Assembly: GCA_024224415.1 (NCBI GenBank)
Contig: JAAENK010000324.1
Span: 1,564 to 65,563, forward strand
Direction of reading: 5' to 3'
Length of the DNA: 64,000 nucleotides
Origin: Gammaproteobacteria bacterium
GTDB lineage: Bacteria; Pseudomonadota; Gammaproteobacteria; GCA-001735895
Part shown: positions 43,379 to 52,940 of the stretch, piece after piece
Position numbering within the stretch: the first letter of the stretch is position 1
Layout: each line of letters begins with the position of its first letter
Translations under genes and position numbers: made by a program
Notes under the pieces: generated by a model
Seen by the model: only the letters and a program-made list of their open reading frames with translations
Told to the model about the DNA's origin: nothing
Database searches by the model: none

Positions 43379-45724
43379 ATGGACTCCGTCGAATTGCTCG
43401 AATACGCCGACTGCATTGGCGATCAGCAGCATCAACACCTCGAAGCACTGCAATCCTCATACCACGAAGCCACGCGGGTAATGTCGGCCAATGGCCTGAG
43501 TAATTATCTCGAAGGCATGCGGGCGATGTGCACGCTGGGGAAAAATCATGATCTGGTGCTGACTTATATCGAAGAAATGCCTGGTGTCGCCAAAGAAGTC
43601 GGTGAAGACATTATTCCCGACATCGTAACAGCGATGATGCATTTGTCGTCACATACTTCGGGTAGCGTGATCACCCTGGTGCTTGCCGAAATGCCACTGG
43701 TCGCACGACGACTGGGTGACGCCGATGTTATTCGGGGTTATCTCAAGCTATTGCACAACCTCGCTGGTAAAGCACCGCGTGGCTTGCGACCAATGATGGA
43801 AAACATGGATGAGTTACTCTCCAAGCTGACCCTGGGTGGCTTGCGGCGCTGGGCCCTGTGGGGCGCGCAGGCGCACGCACGCGATCTCGACGGTCAAATG
43901 GCTTATTTCGCGTTACAAACCGAGTCGGCCAGATCGGTGCTGCAAAAGGAACGCCGTGGAACACTATTTGTCGATAACCAACGTAAGTTGAATTTTTACC
44001 TGCGCGCACTCTGGGGCAGGGCTTTCTTTATGCGTCCCACCTCGGGAGATTATGAAAACCGCGAGGGCCTCAAGCCTTATATCGAAAACCACCAAATTCA
44101 TTTACCAGATGCTTTCGATAGCTTTCATGATATAAGTGGTATAGAAATTTTCCGAGCCAGCGCCGCGCACGCTGCTGCGCATCTGGTTTACACAGCAAAG
44201 ACCATTAGCGGTGAAGGAATATCGGCGGCCCAAATGCTATGCATCAGTCTGTTCGAAGATGCAAGGGTGGAGTACCTGGCGATAAAAGAATTCCCAGGCC
44301 TAAAGAAACTCTGGTCAAGGTTCTATCAGGCAATTGAATTCAGCGAGTTACACGAAACTGTTCAATTGATGACACAGTTATCCAAAACCTTGCTCGATGA
44401 AAATTATGCCGATGCCCCCAGCTTTCTTGTCCAGTCAGCAAAAAATTATCGAAGCCAACTAAACAACAACGCGCAGGACAACCAGATATCTCTAAAAGCA
44501 GGATTAGAGTTTTACCAATTGCTAACCGAGCAGGCGCCCATCCCATCACTCAGAATTCTGCAAGATATCCCAATCCCATACCGGGATGATAATCGATATT
44601 TCTGGGAGTTTGATGAAGATGGTTTTAACAGCGTGGGCAGCGATTACCAGCCAGAACAATACCGCCAGAGCCGCCGTAATGTTGAACTGATGGAAATGGT
44701 TAACACCCTTGATTGTGAACTGGCGGATGATGATGCGCAGGAAGTCTGGACTCTGTCATCGGAATACTGGCTGGATCAGGAAGGCTGCACAATTAACGAA
44801 CTAGAGGGCAAAGAGTCGATCTCGCAACCTTTTCATTACGCCGAGTGGGATTACCACGTACAACTGGCGCGTCCCGACTGGGTGACTTTGGTGGAACGTC
44901 GGCAACCGAAGGGCGATCCGCAGATAATGGACGATATCCTGCAAAAACATAAACCCATCGCCTCGCGTATCAAACATCTGGTCGATGCCATGCAGCCGCA
45001 AGGCATAGTGCGCAAGCGAGGCTATGAAGAAGGTGAAGAACTTGATCTTAATGCAGCAGTGCGGGCGATGATCGACATTCGTCGCGGTATCATGCCCGAT
45101 CCGCGTATTAATATCCGCATCACCCGGCATATTCGCGATCTCGCCATCGTTGTATTGATGGATTTATCCGAGTCGACTAATGACAAGATTGGCGATGAAG
45201 ACAGCACGCAGACTGTATTAAGCCTCACCCGTGAAGCCACCGGGCTACTATCCTGGGCGATCGACGCGATCGGCGATAATTTTGCGGTGCATGGTTTCGC
45301 CTCCGATGGTCGCCACGACGTGCAGTACTATCGTTTCAAGGATTTCAACCAGCGCTATGACGACGAAGCCAAATCACGTATGGCCGGCATGAAAGGCGGT
45401 TTATCCACGCGCATGGGGGCGGCCCTGCGACACGCGGGTGATCACCTGTTAACCCAACAGGCAAGCAAACGATTAGTATTGCTTGTCACCGACGGCGAGC
45501 CCGCCGATATCGATGAGCGCGATCCGCAGTATTTGCGCCACGACGCCAAAAAGGCGGTAGAAGATAATGCCATGAAAGGTGTATACAGCTACTGCCTGAC
45601 GCTGGACCCGAATGCCGATCAATACGTCTCAAGAATATTCGGTGAGAACAATTATTCGATTGTCGATAATGTGGAGCGGTTACCAGAGCGGTTACCAAAT
45701 GTGTTTGCGACCTTGACCGGGTAG
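43379..45724 (+). CDS. cbbO: RuBisCO activase adaptor CbbO (C-terminal VWA domain)
   Basis: 781 aa; C-terminal VWA/MIDAS region (VLMDLSESTND...LVTDGEPADID); start 3 bp after cbbQ stop. Confidence 0.8.
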   Translation: MDSVELLEYADCIGDQQHQHLEALQSSYHEATRVMSANGLSNYLEGMRAMCTLGKNHDLVLTYIEEMPGVAKEVGEDIIPDIVTAMMHLSSHTSGSVITLVLAEMPLVARRLGDADVIRGYLKLLHNLAGKAPRGLRPMMENMDELLSKLTLGGLRRWALWGAQAHARDLDGQMAYFALQTESARSVLQKERRGTLFVDNQRKLNFYLRALWGRAFFMRPTSGDYENREGLKPYIENHQIHLPDAFDSFHDISGIEIFRASAAHAAAHLVYTAKTISGEGISAAQMLCISLFEDARVEYLAIKEFPGLKKLWSRFYQAIEFSELHETVQLMTQLSKTLLDENYADAPSFLVQSAKNYRSQLNNNAQDNQISLKAGLEFYQLLTEQAPIPSLRILQDIPIPYRDDNRYFWEFDEDGFNSVGSDYQPEQYRQSRRNVELMEMVNTLDCELADDDAQEVWTLSSEYWLDQEGCTINELEGKESISQPFHYAEWDYHVQLARPDWVTLVERRQPKGDPQIMDDILQKHKPIASRIKHLVDAMQPQGIVRKRGYEEGEELDLNAAVRAMIDIRRGIMPDPRINIRITRHIRDLAIVVLMDLSESTNDKIGDEDSTQTVLSLTREATGLLSWAIDAIGDNFAVHGFASDGRHDVQYYRFKDFNQRYDDEAKSRMAGMKGGLSTRMGAALRHAGDHLLTQQASKRLVLLVTDGEPADIDERDPQYLRHDAKKAVEDNAMKGVYSYCLTLDPNADQYVSRIFGENNYSIVDNVERLPERLPNVFATLTG

Positions 45725-45752
45725 GCGCGCGATGAAGGCCTGGAAGGTTGCT

Positions 45753-46088
45753 TCAACAAACCTCTTTCTTATTAATAGCCTGCAGTATCTCCGGGGGGCA
45801 AATGCTATGGTTCCCGCATAAACGTTTTTCTGCAAGGGCATCAAGCGTTGCCAAGAGGCGGTTCAAAAATGGCTTTGACGAGGGTGCGGAACTGCTATCA
45901 GTAACTAATTCTTTCAATTCTATGCTGTGATTATTATTGATAATCATGCAGTGCAATACGGCTGAACCGTAAAAGCCGGTTTCCTTATCATTGATGGGTA
46001 CTCTGATATCAAAGCCACCGCCATCGGTATCGGAAAGATATTTACAGCTTTTACAATCAATTTTGATGTGGTTGTTTATTGCGCTCAT
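45753..46088 (-). CDS. Hypothetical protein (111 aa)
   Basis: Isolated ORF, Cys-containing; no family recognised. Confidence 0.2.
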   Translation of the reverse strand: MSAINNHIKIDCKSCKYLSDTDGGGFDIRVPINDKETGFYGSAVLHCMIINNNHSIELKELVTDSSSAPSSKPFLNRLLATLDALAEKRLCGNHSICPPEILQAINKKEVC

Positions 46089-46174
46089 GGCGAAAAGTAT
46101 AGTCGATATATAGTTTTCAGGGCAGTGTTGATTTAAGTCAATATGGTGGGTATCTGATCAGGCCTAAAATATCC

Positions 46175-46621
46175 GTGGTATTGGTTAAATTATGGAAGGT
46201 TTTTATGTTCGAATCACTTAAACACTGGTTTGATTCGTTGCAAGATGGTAGCAAACTATTCGATCATCGGCATGATGAAGTGTTGCATAGCGCGTTAGCT
46301 TCGGTTCTGTTTCATATCATTAGCGCGAATCAACATGTGGCAGTTCGGGAAAAGCGTATGTTTGCCGATATTCTGAAGCAGGAATGCGACCTGAATGACG
46401 AGCAAATCGACTATCTTTATCAAGCTGCCAGTCAGTCTGTTAGCGATTGGCATGAGGATCTACATACCATCAACGTTTTTTTAAAACAAAATCCCGGCAT
46501 GCGTATGAACTTTATGAAAAAACTAATTCGACTAATCGACGTGGATGGCGTGCAGGATGGTGAACTGGAAGCATTTTATGAAACCCTGCACGAGGTATTT
46601 CCGGAAGTTAAACAGCTATAG
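46175..46621 (+). CDS. TerB-like (tellurite-resistance/DjlA N-terminal-like) domain protein
   Basis: All-helical 148 aa with pattern LASVLFHIISANQHVAVREKRMFADILK...LIRLIDVDGVQDGELEAF resembling TerB fold. Confidence 0.4.
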   Translation: MVLVKLWKVFMFESLKHWFDSLQDGSKLFDHRHDEVLHSALASVLFHIISANQHVAVREKRMFADILKQECDLNDEQIDYLYQAASQSVSDWHEDLHTINVFLKQNPGMRMNFMKKLIRLIDVDGVQDGELEAFYETLHEVFPEVKQL

Positions 46622-46638
46622 GTATTGTCCTGACGAGG

Positions 46639-46941
46639 TCAGTCGTCATCCCCCAATTCCGGGTTCCAGCCCATTTCCCTTGCAGTCTTTGCCGCTGCAT
46701 CATAAATTTTGGCATGCCGCTGCCTGAGATCCTGTGGTAGATTCGAGACCAGGCAACCGTATTTATCCCATTCGACGCGAGTCTGGTCATAGATGATCTG
46801 TAAGCGGTCATGCGACCAGTTTTCGCAGGTTTCTGTGCGTGGCAGGATATCAAACACCCAGGCATCTTTGATAATATTGCCAATCGGCGTCATGCCACCG
46901 AAGTGATCATTGTCGATACCGCAGTAGTTCGGTTTGTTCAT
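46639..46941 (-). CDS. Hypothetical protein (100 aa)
   Basis: ORF upstream of hydrolase on same strand; no family recognised. Confidence 0.3.
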   Translation of the reverse strand: MNKPNYCGIDNDHFGGMTPIGNIIKDAWVFDILPRTETCENWSHDRLQIIYDQTRVEWDKYGCLVSNLPQDLRQRHAKIYDAAAKTAREMGWNPELGDDD

Positions 46942-46984
46942 TAAAGTACCCTCACAAAATCAGGTATTTGTCTAATTGACTACC

Positions 46985-47653
46985 TTAGTGTTGAAAATGG
47001 CCAGTGTCCAGGAAGCTCAGGGTTTGATCAATCACTGCCGGTCGATTCATGATGAATGTGTGGCTATGGGGCAAAACGATAAAATCGGTCATACCCTGTA
47101 CCTTTGCACTATGTGTTGAAACCTTACCGTCGTCTTCACCTGGAATGAACGCGGAGGAGAGCAGATTAAAACTCTTGTTACCGGCAATAATTCCGACATC
47201 GTAGTCAACCGGGCCTAGCGACTTTGGCAGGCTGTCGGCATCGGTGCCCAGTTGTTTACCGGCAGGGCCATTGATCAGGCCAAATAGCTGGAAGCGGGAT
47301 AGACGGTCAACCAGTTCGGAACCGGCATTGGGTGGCGCCAGCATGACTACGCGGCCAAGACTATCGAACTTTTCCTTCGCCAGGTAGCAACGGATCAAGA
47401 TGCCACCCATGGAATGGGTAACAAAGTGGATATGCTCTGGCTGATAGTGTTCCAGGCAGTATTCAATAGCTTTTGGAATAAAAGTTTCTGAAAGTAATTC
47501 TACTGGCTGACGAGTAGATGGATAATTACAGTTATAAGTTTGGTATCCAGTCTTTTTCAAAGCCTGATCCATCCCCAGCATCGAGCGACTGGTGCGGGCG
47601 AGACCGTGTAGTAGAATGACACATTCCTTTCGTTTTATCTGATCTGACTTCAA
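46985..47653 (-). CDS. Alpha/beta-hydrolase (lipase/esterase-like)
   Basis: Nucleophile elbow HSMGG; 222 aa. Confidence 0.6.
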   Translation of the reverse strand: MKSDQIKRKECVILLHGLARTSRSMLGMDQALKKTGYQTYNCNYPSTRQPVELLSETFIPKAIEYCLEHYQPEHIHFVTHSMGGILIRCYLAKEKFDSLGRVVMLAPPNAGSELVDRLSRFQLFGLINGPAGKQLGTDADSLPKSLGPVDYDVGIIAGNKSFNLLSSAFIPGEDDGKVSTHSAKVQGMTDFIVLPHSHTFIMNRPAVIDQTLSFLDTGHFQH

Positions 47654-47815
47654 GAATTTGTTCCAAACATTGCACTGATAACTTCAGCATAGTTTATCAG
47701 GTGAGCTGGTTCAATTTTTTTAGGTTGTCTGGTTATTTTCCCGGTTTTCCGCTACGCTTCGGCGGATTCAGCGAGGCTGAGATTTTTCTAATAATAACTA
47801 AATAGTGAGGAAATT

Positions 47816-49174
47816 ATGTCGCATGATTCATCTCTCGGCACTGTCGAGCAATTGAAAGACCCAGACTATACCCCACCTTTGTCTTCGGCGATTCCGCTAG
47901 GCATACAACATGTACTGGCGATGTTCGTCAGTAATGTCACGCCGGCGATTATCATTGCCGGGGCTGCTGGGTTTGGATTTGGTTCGAACTCAGCGGATTT
48001 TCCAAATCTGATTTATATGATCCAGATGTCGATGCTCTTTGCGGGTATAGCTACATTGTTTCAAACCATCGGTTTTGGTCCTGTTGGCGCGCGCTTGCCG
48101 ATAGTACAGGGCACCAGTTTTGCTTTCATCCCGATCATGATTCCGTTGGTCGCGGGTAAAGGCGTCGATGCTATGGCGGTGGTGATGTGCGGCGTCATTT
48201 TTGGGGGTATTTTCCATGCCTGCCTGGCACCATTTGTTGGCAGAATCCGTTTTGCCTTACCTCCGCTGGTAACCGGTTTAGTGGTCACCATGATCGGTCT
48301 GGCCCTGGTCAAGGTTGGCATCCAATATGCGGCGGGTGGTGTGCCCGCGATTGGCAAACCAGAATACGGCAGCCTACAAAACTGGTCGGTAGCGCTGGTG
48401 GTGATTTTTACCACGCTGGGGTTCAAGTTTTTTACCCGCGGCATATTGTCGGTTGCTGCTGTGTTGATAGGTTTGATCGTCGGTTATTTCGTCGCCATGG
48501 CGATGGGTATGGTGAATTTTGGTAATGTCGGCAAAGCTGCGGTGTTTGCACTGCCCAATCCTTTTCATTTTGGCTTCGAGTTTAGCTTCGCAGCTGTACT
48601 GGGATTTTGCCTGATGGCCTTTATCTCGGCGATAGAAACGATCGGTGATGTGTCCGGTATCACCAAAGGTGGTGCTGGTCGCGAAGCCACCGACGATGAA
48701 ATCAAGGGTGCAACCTTTGCCGATGGTATAGGTACCGCGGTTTCTGGCCTGTTCGGCGCCTTGCCTAATACATCGTTTTCACAAAATGTTGGGTTGGTCG
48801 CTATTACCGGTGTCATGAGTCGGCAGGTGGTCACCTTTGGTGCGATATTCCTCATAGTCGCTGGATTAATCCCCAAAGTCGGTGCGTTGATTTCAACCAT
48901 CCCGATCGAAGTGCTGGGTGGTGGCGTTATCGTCATGTTCGGTATGGTGGCCTCGGCCGGTGTTTCGATGCTCTCAGATGTAAACTGGTCTCGTCGAAAT
49001 ATGGTGATATTTGCAGTGGCATTATCGATTGGTCTCGGCCTGCAACTGGAACCAGGCGCGTTACAGCACGTGCCCCAAACCGCCAAAGTATTGCTAACCT
49101 CAGGATTATTACCAGCAGCGTTTATCGCCATCATTCTTAATCTGGTATTACCTGAAGAATTGGCGAACGATTAA
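47816..49174 (+). CDS. Nucleobase:cation symporter-2 (xanthine/uracil permease family)
   Basis: 452 aa polytopic; NCS2 signature-like TSFSQNVGLVAITGV. Confidence 0.75.
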   Translation: MSHDSSLGTVEQLKDPDYTPPLSSAIPLGIQHVLAMFVSNVTPAIIIAGAAGFGFGSNSADFPNLIYMIQMSMLFAGIATLFQTIGFGPVGARLPIVQGTSFAFIPIMIPLVAGKGVDAMAVVMCGVIFGGIFHACLAPFVGRIRFALPPLVTGLVVTMIGLALVKVGIQYAAGGVPAIGKPEYGSLQNWSVALVVIFTTLGFKFFTRGILSVAAVLIGLIVGYFVAMAMGMVNFGNVGKAAVFALPNPFHFGFEFSFAAVLGFCLMAFISAIETIGDVSGITKGGAGREATDDEIKGATFADGIGTAVSGLFGALPNTSFSQNVGLVAITGVMSRQVVTFGAIFLIVAGLIPKVGALISTIPIEVLGGGVIVMFGMVASAGVSMLSDVNWSRRNMVIFAVALSIGLGLQLEPGALQHVPQTAKVLLTSGLLPAAFIAIILNLVLPEELAND

Positions 49175-49218
49175 ATTTACTTAACATCTGAACTCAGCTA
49201 AAGCGGGAGACAAAAATT

Positions 49219-50526
49219 ATGGGATGTCAATATTTCGAACCATGTGAGCATGGCTCGGATAGTTTTACTGTCGATATTCCCAAAGTCACATTTGGTCGTG
49301 GTTGTTTGCAGGAAGCCGGTGCTCGGGCGGCGTCATTGGGTATGTCGCAGGTGGCCTTGTTTACCGATCCATTCCTCAGGGATGGTCCTTATGTGGAAAT
49401 CGTAAGTCAGTCGCTGAAGTTGGCGGGTATCGATTTTGCGGTGTTTTCTGAAATCCGTATCGAAGCCGATGACGCCAGTGTCGAGCGTGGTGCGCGCTTC
49501 GTCGCTGATGGTAACTTCGATGGAATGATTTCGGTTGGTGGTGGTTCGGTGATGGATACTGCGAAGGCGGCGATGCTTTATGCGCTTTATCCGACCGAAG
49601 ACTTCCTCGATTATTTTGCACCGCCACTGGGCGCGGGTAAGGCTATGCCCGGTGCTCTGCTGAGGCATATCGCTTGTCCTACGACTTCTGGCACGGGTTC
49701 GGAGTGCACCAGTATTTCGGTCATCCGTATTAACGAGCTGGATACCAAGTTTGTGCTAGCTAACCCGATTATGCTGGCCGACCAGGCGTTGATCGATCCA
49801 GCCTGTTGCGACAGTCTGCCCCGTAATATCGTTGCGTCTACCGGCTTCGATTTACTCAGTCATGCACTCGAATGTTATACCGCGAAGGCTTACACACAGT
49901 GGGCAAAAATTGAAGATCCGACCAGGCGTCCGTTGATTCAGGGGGCGAATCCCTGGAGCGATCTGGCGGCGCGAAAGGCATTGGAAATTGCTGGCAAGTT
50001 TCTGGTGCGTGGTGTGAATGATGCTGCTGATCAGCAAGCACGCGATCAGCTGAGTTGGGGCGCTTCGCTAGCAGGCATGGCGTTTGGTAATTCGGGTACG
50101 CATCTGGCGCATGCCATGTCATACGGGGTGACACATTTGATGCGAGACATAAGCACCAGGGATTATGCCGTCGAGTCGCCTTTTGTGCCACACGGTATAA
50201 GCGTGGTAGTGTCCGCCCCGGCAATTTTTCGTTATGCTGCCGAGGGTGCGCCAGAACGTCATATTGAAGCGGCTATGTATTTGAATGCAGATATGCAGGG
50301 TGCTGAAGTCGAGGATGCCGGTGAGGTAGTGGCTGGGTGTATTATCGATTTAATGAAACAGACCGATATGCCTAATGGCCTGTCAGGTCTAGGTTTTGGT
50401 GCTGATGATATCAAACCGCTGGCGGCATCTTCGATCCGCCAGGGACGCGCCATCGCCAATGCGCCAAGAGAAACCAACTTACAGGATATCGAAAATATCT
50501 ACGCTGCGGCGTTGAGTTATGATTAA
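49219..50526 (+). CDS. Iron-containing (group III) alcohol dehydrogenase family protein
   Basis: GGGSVMDTAK NAD motif, metal-binding His cluster (GTHLAHAMSYGVTH). Confidence 0.75.
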   Translation: MGCQYFEPCEHGSDSFTVDIPKVTFGRGCLQEAGARAASLGMSQVALFTDPFLRDGPYVEIVSQSLKLAGIDFAVFSEIRIEADDASVERGARFVADGNFDGMISVGGGSVMDTAKAAMLYALYPTEDFLDYFAPPLGAGKAMPGALLRHIACPTTSGTGSECTSISVIRINELDTKFVLANPIMLADQALIDPACCDSLPRNIVASTGFDLLSHALECYTAKAYTQWAKIEDPTRRPLIQGANPWSDLAARKALEIAGKFLVRGVNDAADQQARDQLSWGASLAGMAFGNSGTHLAHAMSYGVTHLMRDISTRDYAVESPFVPHGISVVVSAPAIFRYAAEGAPERHIEAAMYLNADMQGAEVEDAGEVVAGCIIDLMKQTDMPNGLSGLGFGADDIKPLAASSIRQGRAIANAPRETNLQDIENIYAAALSYD

Positions 50527-50542
50527 TCGTTTATGAGAAGCT

Positions 50543-52876
50543 ATGACAAGCAGTAATTGTAGCCTCTGTGATCTTCCTGTTCCCACTACCCTCATCCGGG
50601 GTGGTAACCATCAATTTTGTTGTTATGGATGCCTTAGCGTCTTTGAAATGTTTGGCGAAGATATTTTGAGGAATGAAAAATCAACGACACAAACGCATAA
50701 GATAGAAGTGAAGGATGGTGAGTGCGAATCTTATTTCCGAATCAGGGGAATGCACTGCTCATCCTGTGAAATATTAATTAAAAAATATGCCGAGAAAATC
50801 GAAGGAATTTCTTATGTATCTACCAATTATGCTACTTCTAGTGCCCGAGTAATATTTGACCCCAATATCATTAGCGAGGCAGAGCTACCGAAAAAATTGA
50901 GCATCGCTGGCTACCAGGCATATTCCTATAAAGATGAAGCGTTTGATAGTTGCATTGACGATGATAAAGCACTGCTTAAGGTTATTATCGCCACAGGTTT
51001 AGCTGGACTGGTCATGATGCTTAACCTGGCATTTTTCTATCCCATGGATTTAGGCATAGTTACAAAACAGGAACTCATGCCGCTTGCCTACCTTGTTTTC
51101 CATATTGTACCAATTGTCATGTTTGTGACGACGACTGCACTTGTTTATCTGCTTGGCTTTCCAATTTTACGGGGTGCATTTATTGGCCTGCGAGCTGGTG
51201 CATTGAATATGGATAATCTTCTGGCAATCGCTATTTTATCTGCCTGGGGTTATAGCGTAGGACAACTCATCATCGGTCAACTCGATTTGTATTTCGATGT
51301 CGCGGCAATGATAGTTGGTGTGGTAAGCGTAGGACGTTATTTTGAATATGGAGCAAAAGTAAACGCAACTAAGGAACTCGATGCTCTCTTGAAGAGCTGG
51401 TCTTCGACCATCATTCACCGGTACGTTGATGGCGTAATCAAAGAAGTGACAATTGATGACATAAAACCCTATGATCGGATTATTGTCAGGCAGGGTGAAT
51501 ATATCCCGGTTGATGGACAAATTATCGCTGGTCGGGCCGCGATTGATGAATCGCTTATTACGGGTGAGACATTTCCACTGGATCGAGGTATCGGCGAAAA
51601 TGTGCTGGGTGGTGCGACAGTTGTCGAAGGTGATATCGACATAAAAATCGGAGGGACCGTTACAAGTCAGATCGACAATCTGGTTGATATATTCTGGAAC
51701 CTGCAAAGTTCAAAAGATGGTAGTACAAGTATTGCTGACAAAATTGCTAAAGTTTTTGTGCCAGTAGTATTGTTATTGGCCAGCATGGTTACTGTAATAT
51801 TGCTTTTAAATGGGGCTACACCAACTTATGCACTACTGGCTGGGTTGACTACTTTGATCGTATCCTGCCCCTGTACGTTTGGCCTGGCAACCCCGCTCAC
51901 TACTGCGACTGCGATCAGTACGGCGCTAAAGAAAAAGATTATTGTGACAAGCGCCGATATATTTGAAAAAAATCCAGATTACACAATCGTTGCAATAGAC
52001 AAAACAGGTACGCTTTCGGCAGGAAGAATGCATGTTGTCGACGTGCTCGGTGATCCGCAGACTGCTCCCAATGCAGCAGCAGTTGAACATTATTGCTCAC
52101 ATCCCATTGCCGGGGCTATCGCAAAGCTTGGTGATAAGGCAGAGGTTTCTGATTTAGTCGTTCATCCTGGTAAGGGCGCGGTCGCCATGCTTGATGGCAA
52201 GCGTGTTGCTGTAGGTAGCAGGGCATTATTTGCTTTCCTCGGATGGGATATTCCAGCAGATATTGTTTCGCAAACAAGAAAATACCTGTCTGGTGACTAT
52301 GTTGTTTCCTGTGTTGGTTGGGAATTAAAAGTATACGGTGCCGTTATAACGCAGGATCAACAACGGCCAGAGTGGAAGGCGGTGGTAAGTCGATTAAGAA
52401 ATGACAAACGCGTTATGCTTATTACGGGGGCTGAGCAAGCTGATGGCTATGAGGATTATGTCGATGAAATTTTTACAGGCATTCCGCCGGAAGCGAAAGT
52501 ATCCATTGTCAGACAACTCAAGTCTCCCGGTGATCGTGTCATCATGGTGGGAGATGGCAGCAATGACGCCCCCGCACTGGCAGCCGCAGATCTGGGAATA
52601 GCATTTGGAACTCCCACATCGCTGGCTGCGCAGGCAGCAGATATAGTGATTCCCGGAAATAATCTGGAACGTATTTTTACCGCCCTCGATTTGATCAAAA
52701 TTACCAGGCGCCGTATCAAGCAAAATATTAGCTGGGCTTTTTTATACAATGCAATCGCGATCCCACTTGCGTTAACAGGGCAACTAAGCCCACTGTTTGC
52801 GGCTCTTGCTATGACATCAAGTAGTTTATTGGTGGTGTGGAACTCTTCTCGGGCTTTTGAAGGACTCAATGAGTGA
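50543..52876 (+). CDS. Copper-translocating P1B-type ATPase with CcoI/FixI-type N-terminal Cys-rich domain plus HMA domain
   Basis: N-term CSLCDL...CCYGCLSVFE (C-x2-C...CC-x2-C), HMA GMHCSSCEI, TM CPC (SCPCTFGLATP), DKTGT, GDGSNDAPAL. Confidence 0.85.
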   Translation: MTSSNCSLCDLPVPTTLIRGGNHQFCCYGCLSVFEMFGEDILRNEKSTTQTHKIEVKDGECESYFRIRGMHCSSCEILIKKYAEKIEGISYVSTNYATSSARVIFDPNIISEAELPKKLSIAGYQAYSYKDEAFDSCIDDDKALLKVIIATGLAGLVMMLNLAFFYPMDLGIVTKQELMPLAYLVFHIVPIVMFVTTTALVYLLGFPILRGAFIGLRAGALNMDNLLAIAILSAWGYSVGQLIIGQLDLYFDVAAMIVGVVSVGRYFEYGAKVNATKELDALLKSWSSTIIHRYVDGVIKEVTIDDIKPYDRIIVRQGEYIPVDGQIIAGRAAIDESLITGETFPLDRGIGENVLGGATVVEGDIDIKIGGTVTSQIDNLVDIFWNLQSSKDGSTSIADKIAKVFVPVVLLLASMVTVILLLNGATPTYALLAGLTTLIVSCPCTFGLATPLTTATAISTALKKKIIVTSADIFEKNPDYTIVAIDKTGTLSAGRMHVVDVLGDPQTAPNAAAVEHYCSHPIAGAIAKLGDKAEVSDLVVHPGKGAVAMLDGKRVAVGSRALFAFLGWDIPADIVSQTRKYLSGDYVVSCVGWELKVYGAVITQDQQRPEWKAVVSRLRNDKRVMLITGAEQADGYEDYVDEIFTGIPPEAKVSIVRQLKSPGDRVIMVGDGSNDAPALAAADLGIAFGTPTSLAAQAADIVIPGNNLERIFTALDLIKITRRRIKQNISWAFLYNAIAIPLALTGQLSPLFAALAMTSSSLLVVWNSSRAFEGLNE

Positions 52877-52897
52877 GTCCTTCAATCTATTCCGCAA

Positions 52898-52918
52898 GCG
52901 TTCCTGAGCCAGGAACGC
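52898..52918. terminator. Hairpin between convergent ATPase and oxidase subunit I genes
   Basis: GCGTTCCTG-agc-CAGGAACGC perfect 9-bp stem; no T-tract on either strand. Confidence 0.4.
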
Positions 52919-52940
52919 AATAGACGTATCCTTAGTTTAT

